Part shown: piece by piece, positions 12,678-24,987 of the stretch
How positions within the stretch are numbered: the first letter of the stretch is position 1
How the letters are laid out: the number at the start of each line of letters is the position of its first letter
Notes under the pieces: model-generated
Told to the model about the DNA's origin: nothing
The model's input: only the letters and a program-made list of their open reading frames with translations
Databases searched by the model: none
Translations under genes and position numbers: made by a program
From: Paraspadella gotoi
Taxonomy: Eukaryota > Animalia > Chaetognatha
Assembly (NCBI GenBank): GCA_051294375.1
Contig: CM119267.1
Coordinates: 21,825,486 to 21,889,485, forward strand
DNA: 64,000 nt
Direction of reading: 5' to 3'

Positions 12678-13938
12678 CTTGGCATTCATTTGTTCAGACT
12701 TTCGATTCCGTCAAAACTGTTATATCTAGCTTCTCTCACTCACTTTCCGTACTGGCTCACAGAAATTTCATCGTCAATGCTGTACATGGGGTTAAAATAA
12801 ATAAAAGATATCAAGTGAAATGGTGACTCATATTTTTTTCATTTAAACTCATTTCCACTGGGTACGTGTTTTCCACTGAAACTTTGTATATCAAAGCTTC
12901 GCACACACAGTTTTCCTACTCCACACACAAAATTTCAAACTCAATCTATCGCATTCCAATTATGATTAATGTAGAGTATTTATTGGTTAAAATAAGTAAA
13001 AAGATTTTGAGTAAATTCGACTTATGTTTTTTTCCATTTAAACTAATTTCACCACGTCACGACGATCCATTTCGGAAAACTTATCATATGCCAGCATTTA
13101 ATGCACACACTATTCACTACTACACACAATAAATTTTAATTCCAATCCAAAACCAGCCGCAATGCACCGAGGTCTTATTTGGAGCTTTTGCTAGAGATGG
13201 GACGGATGGTGGCATCGGACTGGATTGACTACAGTTAATTAATTATTGGATTAATTTATTTACTAATTGATCTATATTAACTGAGTTAACTATTTGATTT
13301 ATTAATACAATCCTGCATATACATTTATATAAAGGAAAAAGAAAGCATAAATCAATTAGTTAAAACAGGTTTTTTGTTTTTTTCTGCATTTAAACTCATT
13401 TTCCACTGAAACTATTCCATCCGAACTTGATTTCCTGTTCAATCACCACACAATTGCCACCGCACATACAAAATTCCAGGTCAATCACGGCCATTCCACT
13501 CATGAGCAATTGTGTTCAAATAGTGGGAATAATGTTATTTTTTTGTGTTGTTATTCCATTTAAAATCTCATTGCCACTCGGAGACGAATCCATCGAAACT
13601 TCATATCCAGGGCTGCAATCACACACTCTACCTTCCTACACCACAAAATGTCTCATTTATAAATGTCTATCCATCCAATCACGAGTTAATGTGGTGTTTT
13701 ATTGCTAGAGGTGGGACTGGAACGGAACGGACGGACAGGACGGACGACGGACGGACGGACAACAGACAGACGGAACGGACGGACATCATTTTTTTTGCAC
13801 TAATTTTATCATAAGTTCGATGTTCTAGGACATATATAAGTGGTCAATGTGGCCACAATATTGAGGGGCGGACGGACGGACTCCGAAAAATGGAGTTATA
13901 GGAGTCGGATCTGCTGATAAGCAGATCCGACTAAAAAA
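12678..13938 (-). mobile_element. Helentron-associated / DINE-1-like non-autonomous element with internal diverged tandem units
   Basis: Minus strand begins with a T-run, then a perfect 13-bp hairpin AGTCGGATCTGCT-tatc-AGCAGATCCGACT, then (GTCC)n. Several diverged ~170-200-bp units (AACTT..TATATC..CACAC..AAAAT) begin near 12715, 12880, 13075, 13410 and 13595. Confidence 0.6.
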
Positions 13939-14868
13939 GGGACGAGGTCTTTATTCTCTGCAGAATCTTTTGACTCTGAAAAGTCGTTCTCTCCATCGCC
14001 GTCGGAGGAACGCAGTAAATCTTGATGGCTTTTCTGACGAGATGATCGCTGACTGACAAAAGACTAACGGAATGATCTCTGATCGAAAGGAGATCGAGAA
14101 AAAAGAGGAGATACAAAATGGAAAAATAAAAAAAAAAGCTTCGTATCAAATTGGTTGGCTGCTAACAAGTTAGTTGGGATTGCTTGGCCGCTAACGAGTT
14201 GGCATATTGTCCCAATACATTTTACAGCTAACATTCATGAATTAATCTGTCAAGCCCATCTATGAATAATTTGCATCATATCTGTTCTCTGATTGTTTAA
14301 ATCGTTTAAATCGTTTAAATCACTATATCAAACGGGGATTGATTGAAAACAGTCTTAACTTACCAATGATTGGGTGAGTCGTCGGTGGCTGAATCGTGTT
14401 TAAGATGGCGCCTAAGATCAAAGTCGGAGCCGCGACCATCTTGTTTTGTTTTCAATGGAGGCGCAGGATCGCGCGTCTTTGGACCTTTTGTTTATATATT
14501 TTTTTTTGGTTTATTTTGTTAATCGATGGAATGTTTTGTTTTTTTAAGTAACAACGAGACAACTTTTTTTTTTTAAATAGTTTTTTTTTGATGTTTTTTT
14601 AATGCAACGACTTTTTTTTTTGTAACGACAACTTTTTTTTAAAAATTAATATCACGTACGTGTTTTTTTCGGTCGAGATATTTTTTTTTCACTTTTTATT
14701 GTGACAATAAACTTTTTTTTGTTTATTTTTTTTTTAAATTTCGCTATCGGTGATCTTTTGTTTATTTTTAGGAGGCTTTGTTGATTCACCGATGGCGACG
14801 CGACGACCTTGGGTGTGATGCACTATAAAAAAAAATAAGAGAATAAAATTAATAAATGAAAGAATTTA

Positions 14869-14909
<41 letters not shown>

Positions 14910-15919
14910 TGCTCATCGTCACCGTCGTTCACCAAAATTTCTTTTTGGGAGCGAAAAGGGGAGAAAAAGATAAATATTTGTTTAAAAAAAGCGGATCAAA
15001 TAGAATTAAGAAAAAACGGTTTAAAAAAATAAATAAAGAAATAAAAGAGAAAAAATTCAATTTAAAATTCAATTTACTCCGAAAAAAAAATGGGAACATG
15101 ATTCCATCCTTCGTTTATTCATATTTTTTTTTTTAGATATACCCAGAAGTTTAACCCACACCCCCTTGTTAAAATATTTTACATCTCTGGATAATTGCTA
15201 GATTTTAACAAATCCAATATCTACAAAACTTTTACTATTAAACTATTAAAGCACAAACATTAACAATAGTAAATACTTCATTAATTTTTAAATAAATTAT
15301 AAAAGGTATGCAGCAAAATGTGCAGCTCCTCGCTGCTTTTCCCTCTCAGTCTTCACCGGGGCGTTTTTTTTTTTCTCGGGGAAAAGTTTAATTTTAGATT
15401 AAATCGTAATTAAATTTCGCAACTTTCCCTCTGATTAATTTAATTCTATAATTTTTTTTTTGCAACTCGTTCGAAACCCTGCAACGACTGATTAAAAAAC
15501 TTTCTCTCTCTCTTTTCACGATATCAAGGTGAAGGGATCAGCTCTGATTTTAATTAGCGAGCGCCTTTCATTCTATTCGACCTTTTTTTTAATCCCAATT
15601 TTCTTCCTCTTTTTTTCTTTTTTTCTTTCTTTTTTTTTTAGATTTCTGTCGATCTCGGGCTTCGCTTATTTTCTTTCTTCCTTCCTTCCTTCTCTCCCTT
15701 TCTCCCTCTCTCCCTCTCTCTCCCCCGCTCCATTTCTTTCCCCCCCCTTTACTCCTCCTCTTTCCCGACAGAAAATCTTCGAAAAGATAATTTTGTCTCT
15801 CAATTCTTTCGCTAAAAGCCACTTTATTTTTTTTTCCTCTTTTCTCCAATCTCGTCGCCCCCCCCTCCAAAATTTATTTTTATTTCGAATTTGACTTTGA
15901 TATATCTTGTAGTGTTTCC

Positions 15920-16123
15920 GGCTCTCTTTTTCAAAAGCGCCCCATTTCTGTTCTAAACCTTATTTTAATCTTAATATTTAACCTTAATCTATTATCAAAC
16001 ATAAAACCTAATCCCTAACCATAATCTCCAACCTTAATTCCTAATTTTTATTTAATATTTAATACTTTAAAAAATTTAATTCCGAATTACAGATGATATT
16101 GGACGCTTTGGGAAAATAAGGCC
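15920..16123 (+). mobile_element. MITE family T copy
   Basis: GGCTCTCTTTTTCAAAAGCGCCCC ... GGACGCTTTGGGAAAATAAGGCC. Confidence 0.7.
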
Positions 16124-16915
16124 CAGTAATTAACGCTGATTGATGCAGATTCGAGATGGTGCGAACGAAAACAGTTGCTGGGAGGAATCCGTTAAAAGAG
16201 GAGCTATTAATAGATTGACAAGTGAGGAAGAAGGGAGGTATTAATTCTGGACGGGGAGGGAATTAAAACGGGAGAAAAAAAGGCAGGAATGGAAGGGAGA
16301 AAAGTTTAGCGGAGATGAAAGGAATATGAGAAAGGATGAAGATGGAAGAGAAAGGAAAGAGAGAAGATGAAAGGAAAGGAACAAAATATGGCTAGAATAG
16401 GAGAAAGAAAAGAGAAAGACTGACAAAATTAGAAGGAAGGAAAGAAAAAATATTAGCTAAGAATAAAAGGAGAGATGATAGCAGAAATGGAAGGTAGCAA
16501 AAAAAAAACCGACGACCAAAAGAGGAAGAAAGAAAAGTCAAAGACTGACAAAATTAGAAGGAAGGTAGAAAAAGAAGCCAGAGGAAAAGAAAAGAATGAG
16601 TGAGTGAGTGGGAATGAGAATTGAGGAAAGAATGTAAGACTCGTTTCGTCTCAAAGAAAATTCCTTCGGCTCAGAAACTTTTTTTTTCTCCGGTTTCATC
16701 ATCGAGAAAATAGAAAGAAAATTTCGGGGGAAAAAAAGGGAAAAAAATATTTAAAAAAAAAAGAAAATGGAAAATGGCCGGAGAGGAAAAAAAAGAATTC
16801 CCGAAAAAAAAATAATAAAATGGATGGAGAAAAAATGCTTAAGAAAAAAAATGGAGGGAATTAAAAAAAAAAGAAGAAAAAAGGAAAAGATATGAAAAGG
16901 CGATTCCTTAAAAAA

Positions 16916-16955
<40 letters not shown>

Positions 16956-16977
16956 ATTCATGGATAAAAAAAAGAAA

Positions 16978-17387
16978 ATCAGAAACGGTAATTCAAATGT
17001 GTTGCGCCGCATTGACTGCCTTATCACGTGTATTTCTCGTGACATGATAAGATAGGATATGACATGACATGGCGTGACATGATATGACGTGACATTACAT
17101 GACTACAATAACTTTCTTAGCCCATGTATTTTTGACATGCACTGCATCAAAATTCCGTCCTTTATTCTATTTTAGTTTTAGGATTTCCTGAAGGCGGCGC
17201 TTGCAGTCATTTAGATTTGAGGTTTTTTTCTGTCTTAACAAATGAGCAACCAACTATATAAGCAAATTATATGCATTAGTAACATAAGTGGGACAGACCA
17301 ATGGACAGACATACCGACGGACCGACGGACCGACAGACCGACCGAAAAGTGACTTGCTCCGCGAGTACTCGCGGCGCAACTAAAAAA
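16978..17387 (-). mobile_element. HINE/DINE-like short element (family H2), reverse copy
   Basis: Reverse complement of 51338-51700 over ~370 bp. Palindrome CCGCGAGTACTCGCGG near its 5' end. Confidence 0.7.
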
Positions 17388-17573
17388 GGGAGATAAAAAT
17401 GATGGTCGAAATCAATTTCGGAATTCGATGCCAAAATGAAAACCGAGCTCGTTGTCGTCGTCGTTGTTGTCGTTGTTGTCGTCGTCGTCATCGTTGTCGT
17501 CCTTATTGTCATTATTGTTCTTTTTATCATCTCTGTCCTCGTTGTTTTAATATTTTGATATAATATAAGATAA

Positions 17574-17683
17574 GATAATTCAATCTATTAACTAAAGATT
17601 ATTTAATATATATAATATATATTTGTAATAGATAATTCAATATATTAACTAAAGATTATATAATATAAATAATATATATTTGT
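17574..17683. repeat. 57-bp period tandem duplication
   Basis: GATAATTCAAT..AACTAAAGATTAT..ATATATTTGT starts at 17574 and again at 17631. Confidence 0.85.
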
Positions 17684-17790
17684 TCGGGAACAGAAAGCAA
17701 TCTAACCTTGTGTTGTGTAGATGCACCCTCTATTTCCAGAAAACAACACTGACGTCCCCATCACAAAAAGATAAATAATATTATATTTAA

Positions 17791-17946
17791 ATGAAATTGG
17801 TACAATCAATATAAAAATTATCCATTCATTTAATAAATAAGCTATCTTGCCCCTGACTTTGGACAGGCTTTGGTGGTTTAAGGCCTCCATCACTCTTTCA
17901 AGATAATGACATAGCAGGTCCCTGCAAGCTTTCAATCAAGACTCTC
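17791..17946 (+). mobile_element. Unclassified ~200-bp interspersed repeat (family R1)
   Basis: ATGAAATTGGTACAA..AAGCTATCTTGCCCCTGACTTTGGACAGGCTTTGGTGGTTTAAGGCCTCC..CCTGCAAGCTTTCAATCAAGACTCTC. Further copies near 520-620, 8971-9135, 9897-9935, 21342-21425, 21536-21741, 23420-23615, 28755-28882 and 31595-31735. Strand labels are relative to this copy. Confidence 0.75.
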
Positions 17947-19290
17947 AATTATATTTAAATATTTAACACAAAAATATTTTAACAAATAAATATAATCATA
18001 AATAATAGTTATGCTAATTCTAAAAAATAAAAAATAAAAAATAAAAAATAAAAATAGTGAAAATAGTAATTTTGCAACTTTCATATGATATTATAATTTA
18101 CGCACAGTCAAAATATTTTCATAACAATTTCCCTCGTCGTTTAGGCCGCAGAAGACAAAAATTTAGCTATAACTTCATCGCGGACAACGAATTTCCTTTT
18201 TGGTTTTATTTATTGCAACGTACGACGAACGTACAATTTACGTACATGTCAGTAATTATTACGATGACCCGTACATAATCAAGGCAGTCGTCTTTCCCGT
18301 CATCGCCTTTCGGAATTCGGATCTCCGGCATTTTCTTCCAGTTCCCTCCCGACCCTGGATGACCTTTGACCCGACGACCTCACCTCTTCCCCCCACTCCT
18401 TCCACCGTTAGCCCCCCCCCTTTCTTCTCCTTATGCGGAACCACGAAATGTCAACGCCGTCTTATCGGCGATGTTGCTATATTTAGCAACGAGACTGGAA
18501 CCGGTGGAAACACACCGGCCCACCCCCATGGATCCGTTGCACCTTTTTCCCAATCCAAGCCAATCGACTCCGGAGGCCAAAAGTAGCCCGAAATGTCCAC
18601 TTTGTCGACGGCAGCCTTGGACCGACCAACGTTAAGAAACTCTTCCGCGAATGTCCGCCAAAAAAACAAACAACCAAAATAGATAAGGACTTCTCGATGA
18701 TGAAAACGACAACAACGACAAAGAGGACGAGGTAAAGGACATCTCCCGGTCGATACCCGGAAAATTAGCATCGGAAAAACACATCGACGACGACGACGAC
18801 GAATCCGATAGGAAATGTTTTTTTTTTTCCTCAAGAACGAGAGATCCGGCCACCTGAGTCACCTGAGTCACCCGAACGTCTGACCTGTTTCCGCTTTCTT
18901 TTACGATCGCTGCGAAAATTCCATTCAATACTGTGGCAATTTTTGACTAAATCCCGGTATAGACAATAGTTTATATTTGTATGAAAACTGTACCTCAGTT
19001 AACAGAAGCATACCAGCGTTTCGAAGTCTCAGTGCAGAAAAAAAAAAAAAGAAAAAGAAAATCGATATGTAACAGAAAAGATTTTAATCCTTTTAAATTG
19101 TTTTCAAGTTGTTAAAAATGGCATTTTTAGAAAAAAATAATTGTTTGAAATGAAATTTTGTAGCCATTTTAAAAACAGAAGTTAAGTTATCAAACACAAA
19201 ATTCTTGGCCGAAATCACCAACCATACAGAATAAATAATACATGGCCCCCAACTCTGACCCCAGGAAATCCATCCATTCATTGGAAAAGC

Positions 19291-19642
19291 GGGCTTATAT
19301 TCCCAGAACTCCCCATTTAATCTTAAATTCGGAATTAGATAATTTTGTTAGGTTAAAGATAGGGTTAAAGGTTTAGGTTTAGGATTAAGATAGGGATTAT
19401 GTTAGTGATTAAGGTTAGCGACTTGGTTTGTAATTAAGGTAAGGGATTTTGTCTAGGGAATAGCATTAAGAGTTACAGGTTAGGGTGAATTATCCTCAAT
19501 TAAAGAATAATTAAGGATAATTAATGATTAAGTTAGCATTAAGGATTAGGGTTTATAAGTTTATATTTGGATTAAATATTAAGGTTAAAATTAAATTCTG
19601 AGATAAAAGAACAGAAATGAGGCACTCTCGGAAAATAGAGCC
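19291..19642 (-). mobile_element. MITE family T copy
   Basis: GGGCTTATATTCCCAGAACTCCCC, degenerate (TTAGG/TTAGGG)n, GGCACTCTCGGAAAATAGAGCC. Confidence 0.7.
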
Positions 19643-21535
19643 GTAAAAACCAACTCCCAAAACCATTCGCGAAATCCGAAAAGAAAAAAAAAAAAGAAGT
19701 GAGCGATTGATTTCGGATTCTTTTTCTTTTTCTTTTTCTTTTTCTTTTTCTTTTTCTTTTTCTTTTTCTTTTTCTTTTTCTTTTTCTTTTTTTTTCAAAT
19801 TGGTTTTCGATACTTTTTCTCTCAGGTCAAAACATCCATCGATATTATTGGGACCAAGTCAGTTGCCACCCTTTCCAGCGAGACCCGGCCACACCGCGTT
19901 GGCGCGTCCAGCTTTGCCATTGCTTTCTCTCGCCACCTCGCTTCCGCTGGCGACAGAGAATCTAGATTTGTAGAACCGCGTTGTCCTTGGAACTTTGGAC
20001 ATTGGCTGAGAACGACCAATTGTAATCTTATCTATGCATCTTGGAGATATGTCATCTCCCAAACTCCGGCCCCACGGGGCGGCTCTAGGGCGGCCCCAGG
20101 GCAGACTGTTCCAGGGGGCCCCCCCAGCAGCAAATGTCATCCTGGAGGGCGCGCCCCTCTGATTGCTCAGGGGGCGCCCCAGGGGGGTTCCCCCGGGGCC
20201 ACAACATTTTGGGTGTCTATTAGGGGCGGCCCCTAATGCTTCAGCCCATGGGTGGCCAAAAAAAGTCTCCCCTGGGGTAACCCCTGGTGGAGCAAAAAAA
20301 AATGCTCCCACCAGGCGCCGAGTTAAAGAGAGGCCAAAGTTTAGATGAGATAAATATACTTTTTGATTATGTTATCATATCTGAAATATTTTTTCCTGTC
20401 TGTTACTCTTCTCTTTTCTCTTTCTCTTTTGTTTTTCTCTCTCTCTTTTTTTCTCTCTTTCTTTTTCTCATTCTCTCTTTTCTTTTTTTTTTTCTCTCTC
20501 GTCTTTTTTCTCTCTCTCTTTCAAGACTTGTTTTATGTAACTGAATTAATATACATTTTTTTCAAATTATTGTTAACCTCATTTATTCCATATTTTATCT
20601 AAAAATTATAATATTTGTATTTTTTAACCATTATTTATTTCAGTTAAAGATATAGAAACAAGTTTTAACAAACAATGTAGGAGGTAGCCCACAAAAATTT
20701 AGTGGTAAAAAGCTAATCAGTCATTTGTTTTAATTTTTTTAATCTTTTTTTTCTTTTTTTTTTTTTTTTTTCTTTTTTTTGTGGATGGATATACTGATAG
20801 ACTGACATGATAGAGAGAGACTAATTTTTTTTAGAAAAATATTCATAAATTTGATTTTAAAGAAATTAAAATAAATCAACCAAACAAATAATGGGCAGGT
20901 GACGGTGACAGACCTCCTTAATCATTATGGAGTCCCCCAAAAAAACAATAAAAACTATTCATCAACATTAAAGAGTTCTACATCGTAAAATACATTTTTT
21001 TTAATGTTAAGATTTGTAATTAAGAATCGTAAGTTTGTAGATTGGCTTTAAGAGGAACTCACGTTGTTTAAGTTAGAGGCTGGACGATTTGAGAGAGAGA
21101 GTGAGCAAAACTTTATATCTAGCTCAATCACATACTTTTTACCCCACACATAAAATTTTATTCCAATCCATTTATTTAATCACGAATAATTGGAGTTTAA
21201 TGCTAAATGATGGGACAGACTTAAAAACTGATATTAATTACTTAATCATTAAATATTTTTTTATTTAAATTATTTTTATAAGTTTATCTATAAAATTAAA
21301 ACCATCCTACTCTTTATTCTATTATTTAAATTCATAACACTTAAAGCCTGTCCAAAGTGAGCGGGGCAAGATAGCTATTTATTAATGAACTGGATAATTT
21401 TTATATTTGGTTGTACCAATTTCATAAAATTTAGCTCCTTGTATTTTGATGCTAGTGGGAGTAAATAAGTATTCCCCGATCTAATACTTAAGGGAGTGGT
21501 CTTTCATACAATTGAAACATTCTTTGAAATATTTT

Positions 21536-21741
21536 CCACTTCATGATAGGGAGCCAGGTACTCCTGGGAGTGAATAAACGGGACTGTGAGAGAGTCTTTG
21601 TTGAAAGCTTGCAGGACCTGCTATGTCATTATCTTGTAAGAGTGATGGAGGCTTAAACCACCAAGCCTTGTTCCAAAGTCAGGGCAAGATAGCTTATTTA
21701 TTAAATGAATGGATATTTTATATTGGTTGGTACAATTTCAT
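21536..21741 (-). mobile_element. Family R1 copy nested in foldback element A
   Basis: Reverse complement of 17791-17946 plus an extension, absent from copy B of the host element. Confidence 0.75.
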
Positions 21742-21914
21742 AATGAATTAGATAAAATTTTGTGTGTGGATAGACAAGTATGCAAGTGAAAGTGAGTTTT
21801 AATGAAAAACAAAGTTACTGTTACTTGAACATTTTAAAAAAAATTTTTGCACTTCTTTTCTCTCTTTTTTATTTCTATTGATGAAATTATTAATTAGCTA
21901 ATTGTTAAGTTGAT

Positions 21915-22420
21915 TTGTTGACCAAATTAATTAATTAACCAATTATCCCGTGTCCAAATATCTAGGTTGACCAATTTATGCAGTTGACCAAATTATGACT
22001 GTTGACTAATTAGCAAATTAACCAATTATATACCAGTTGACAATTTATTGCCAGTTGACAAATCTATGCAATGACCATATTATGCCAAGTTGACCAAATT
22101 ATGCGAGTTGAATGAATTATGCCAAATGATTAACTATGAAGTTTATCAATATGAAAGTTTACCAAATTATAAAAGTTACCAAATTATAAAGTTTCCAAAT
22201 TATAAAGTTTGCAAATTATGAAGGGTTAACCAAATTAAGCAAGTTAACTAATTAAAAAAAAAATTACGCAAAATATGAAAGTTTACCAAATTATAAAAGT
22301 TACCAAATTTTTAAAAAAAGTTGATTAAATTTATATCAGTTGACCGAATTTATGTCAGTTGGACCACAATATGTCATTTGACTAAATTATGCAGGTGACC
22401 AACATTATGCAAGTTGGTAT
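21915..22420. repeat. Same 18-19-nt minisatellite inside copy A
   Basis: GTTGACCAAATTATG units, more indel-rich than in copy B. Confidence 0.85.
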
Positions 22421-22927
22421 TGGTGGGCAGCTATTGGTTCATAGAATTGATTTATTGAAGTGAAAAATATATTTTTATTTTTATATTATTATAATTGAAA
22501 GATGAAAAATAGAAAATAATAGAGGAAAGAAAGAGAGAGGAGAAGAAAGAGAGAGTAGAGGGAAAGAGAGATAGGAGGGGAGAGAGAGCCTTCAGGGGCA
22601 GAAGAAAACCATCCCCTGGGGTAGCCCCCGGGGAAAGGTTTTTCTAGCCGCGGGGATCCCTTCGGAGTGGCCCTTGGGCGCCAAAAAAAGAGGCTAAGGG
22701 GGCCGCCCCTAGGCGGTAAGGATTTGCCTGCCCCTCGGGCCGCCCCGGGGCCACCGCCCCGCGGGCCGCCCCAGCACAGCCCCGGGAGAAGCGATTCTGA
22801 AGGATGACATTACTGATGATCTTTAACTTTGTAAGCGCAGGATTGCTGAGGCGCTTGGGAATGGAGAGTGACATTTCTCTCCTCTCTCTCTCTCTCTCTC
22901 TCTGCTCTCTCCTCTCTCTCTTCGTCT

Positions 22928-22969
<42 letters not shown>

Positions 22970-23369
22970 CTTTCTCTCTCGGATTTCCTGAAAGGTCAAT
23001 GATGAAGGTCCGGGTTGTTCAGCGCAGCGGCTCGCCTGGTGGTATATAAAACCGACCGGAAAAGAATGGACTAGGGAAAGAAGCCGGGTTCTTGGCGCGG
23101 CGAGGCGGGCCAGCGCCAGCAGCCGCCGCTGCCAGCAGGCCGCCCTGCCAGCCCCGCGGCCGATTCCGTCCATAATGGACGTTGATGACCGCGACCGACG
23201 TTCGGGGCCATGGGGCCATGGGGCCATGGGGCCATGGATCATGTTCTGGACTCGATTGCCCTTCTTTTTCATCCCCTTTACTCTTTTCCTTTCACTTCCT
23301 CCCTCTTTTCTTATCATTTCCTTTTTTTTTATTTTCTCTTCACTTCCTATTCTCTTTCTATTGTTTTTC

Positions 23370-23418
<49 letters not shown>

Positions 23419-23419
23419 A

Positions 23420-23615
23420 TCAATATAATATTATCCATTATTCAGTAAAATAGCAAGGTTCCTTTCCCCTGACTGTGAACACAGAACAGACTATGGAAGA
23501 TAAAGGCCTCACTCTCACTAGAAAATAACCTCGCAGGACCCAGCCAGCCTTCAATCAAGACTCTCTCACAGTCCAGTTCATAAACTCCGAGAGCGCCTGG
23601 GCTCAGAATCAATAA
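23420..23615 (+). mobile_element. Family R1 diverged copy
   Basis: TTATCCATT..CCCCTGACT..CCTTCAATCAAGACTCTCTCACAGTCC. Confidence 0.55.
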
Positions 23616-24461
23616 TATTTTTATAAACAGTTTTAATTGTATAAAAGGTTCGCTCCGTGATCATTTTCGACCTGCTCAACCTCCCCTCCAGCATTACCAT
23701 CCCCTTTTCCTCCTTCTTTCCTCTTTCTTTCCTCTTTTCTCCTTCTTTCCTCCTCCTTACGCTCCTTCTTCCTTTCTCCGCTCGACAATAAACCGTAAAT
23801 CATTTCCACTCCCTTTTTTTTTTTTTCTTTTTTTTTTCCTTTTTTTCTTCACGATTTTTGTTCCTCCCATTTTCCTCCGATATTTTCGACTAGCTCTTCC
23901 CTCCGTTCTTTTCCTCACCAACTCGGCCAATATATCCGGCTTCCATTTCGCTTCCTGCTCCCCAGCCCCCACCCTCCCACGACCACCACGGGGTCACTCT
24001 CCACATACCACTTTTTGCCGAGACTAAAAATCTTCAAGTTCTTCTTTTCTCTGAAGACGACGGGGATTAATCAGTTGTCATGACGACAAGAGGAGAATTA
24101 ATTACCCGTCGTCGTCGTCGATGTCGTCGTTATCATTGTCTTCGTCGTCGTAGTCGTTCGTCGTCGTCATCGTTGTCGTCGTTGTCTTTTGTCGTCGTCA
24201 TCGTCGTCTTTCGTCGTCGTCTTCAAAAATATCTTTGGAGAGGCTGTTCGTTCTTCCCTCGAGGGGCCAACCTGGCTAAAAGGAGACCAAAGTTCGGTGT
24301 TTGACCCCGAGGTAAGGTCGCTGTCGATGTTGTTGTTGTTGTAGTTGTTGTGGTCGACCTAATTTTGGTCGATGTGTCAGAGATGCCTTTGGCGTCGCCT
24401 CACTTTAAAGATTGCTAAAAATATAGGCTTGTTGGTAATCTTTATAGTAAAATTATGAGCA

Positions 24462-24548
24462 TCCCTCGAGCCGGATTCGAACCAGCGACCTAAGGATGAC
24501 CGACAAACCTGCTACAGTCCTCCGCTCTACCATCTGAGCTATCGAGGG
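24462..24548 (-). tRNA. tRNA-Tyr: tRNA-Tyr(GTA) with 14-nt canonical intron (24498-24511)
   Basis: Minus strand reads CCCTCGATAGCTCAGATGGTAGAGCGGAGGACTGTAG[caggtttgtcggtc]ATCCTTAGGTCGCTGGTTCGAATCCGGCTCGAGGGA. The 73-nt mature form has a perfect acceptor stem, intact A and B boxes and the intron at 37/38. A TTTT Pol III terminator follows at 24449-24452. Confidence 0.97.
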
Positions 24549-24875
24549 AGCTACGCCGAAAAGACTAACGTGTTATCAGATTTACATCAAAGCGGACCTT
24601 TGTGTTGTGATAATGAATTTAATTTAATGTTTATTTTTAAAAGAAAATAAAAAGGCTTACAACAGCGCCTCTGCTTGAATGTGTAGGACCCGAAAACTTA
24701 AAATGGAAGAAAGCGACTCAGACAAATTCCATTCAGTTTGTGCTTCTCATAAACTAATTTTTCTCATGGAACCCAGTCTCCCAAGTCAGCGGTGCAGCGC
24801 CTCAACCTCCCAACCATTCTTTGTCGGCTTCAACACCCTCCATGTGAAAAATCCAGTTGCTAAAAGAAGAAGGGA

Positions 24876-24911
<36 letters not shown>

Positions 24912-24936
24912 NNNNNNNNNNNNNNNNNNNNNNNNN

Positions 24937-24967
<31 letters not shown>

Positions 24968-24987
24968 CCGTCGCTAGGAAATAATTT

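Larger units (their letters stand above)
20050..22809. mobile_element. Non-autonomous foldback-like DNA element, copy A (carries an extra ~0.4-kb insert)
   Basis: Colinear with 44430-46782 from TGTCATCTCCCAAA to TTCTGAAGGATGACA. The segment ~21325-21748 is absent from copy B. Confidence 0.8.

Noticed and set aside
18585-18620. RING-like CPLCR
   Set aside because: No upstream Cys/His ligands in frame.
19859-20348. GC-rich ORFs (also 22644-22874, 44508-44867, 46441-46814)
   Set aside because: They lie in the subterminal repeats of the foldback element, and frames are not conserved between its two copies.
21583-21620. Hammerhead-like CTGTGAGA..GAAAGCTTG in repeat R1
   Set aside because: No CUGANGA box and no convincing stem II.
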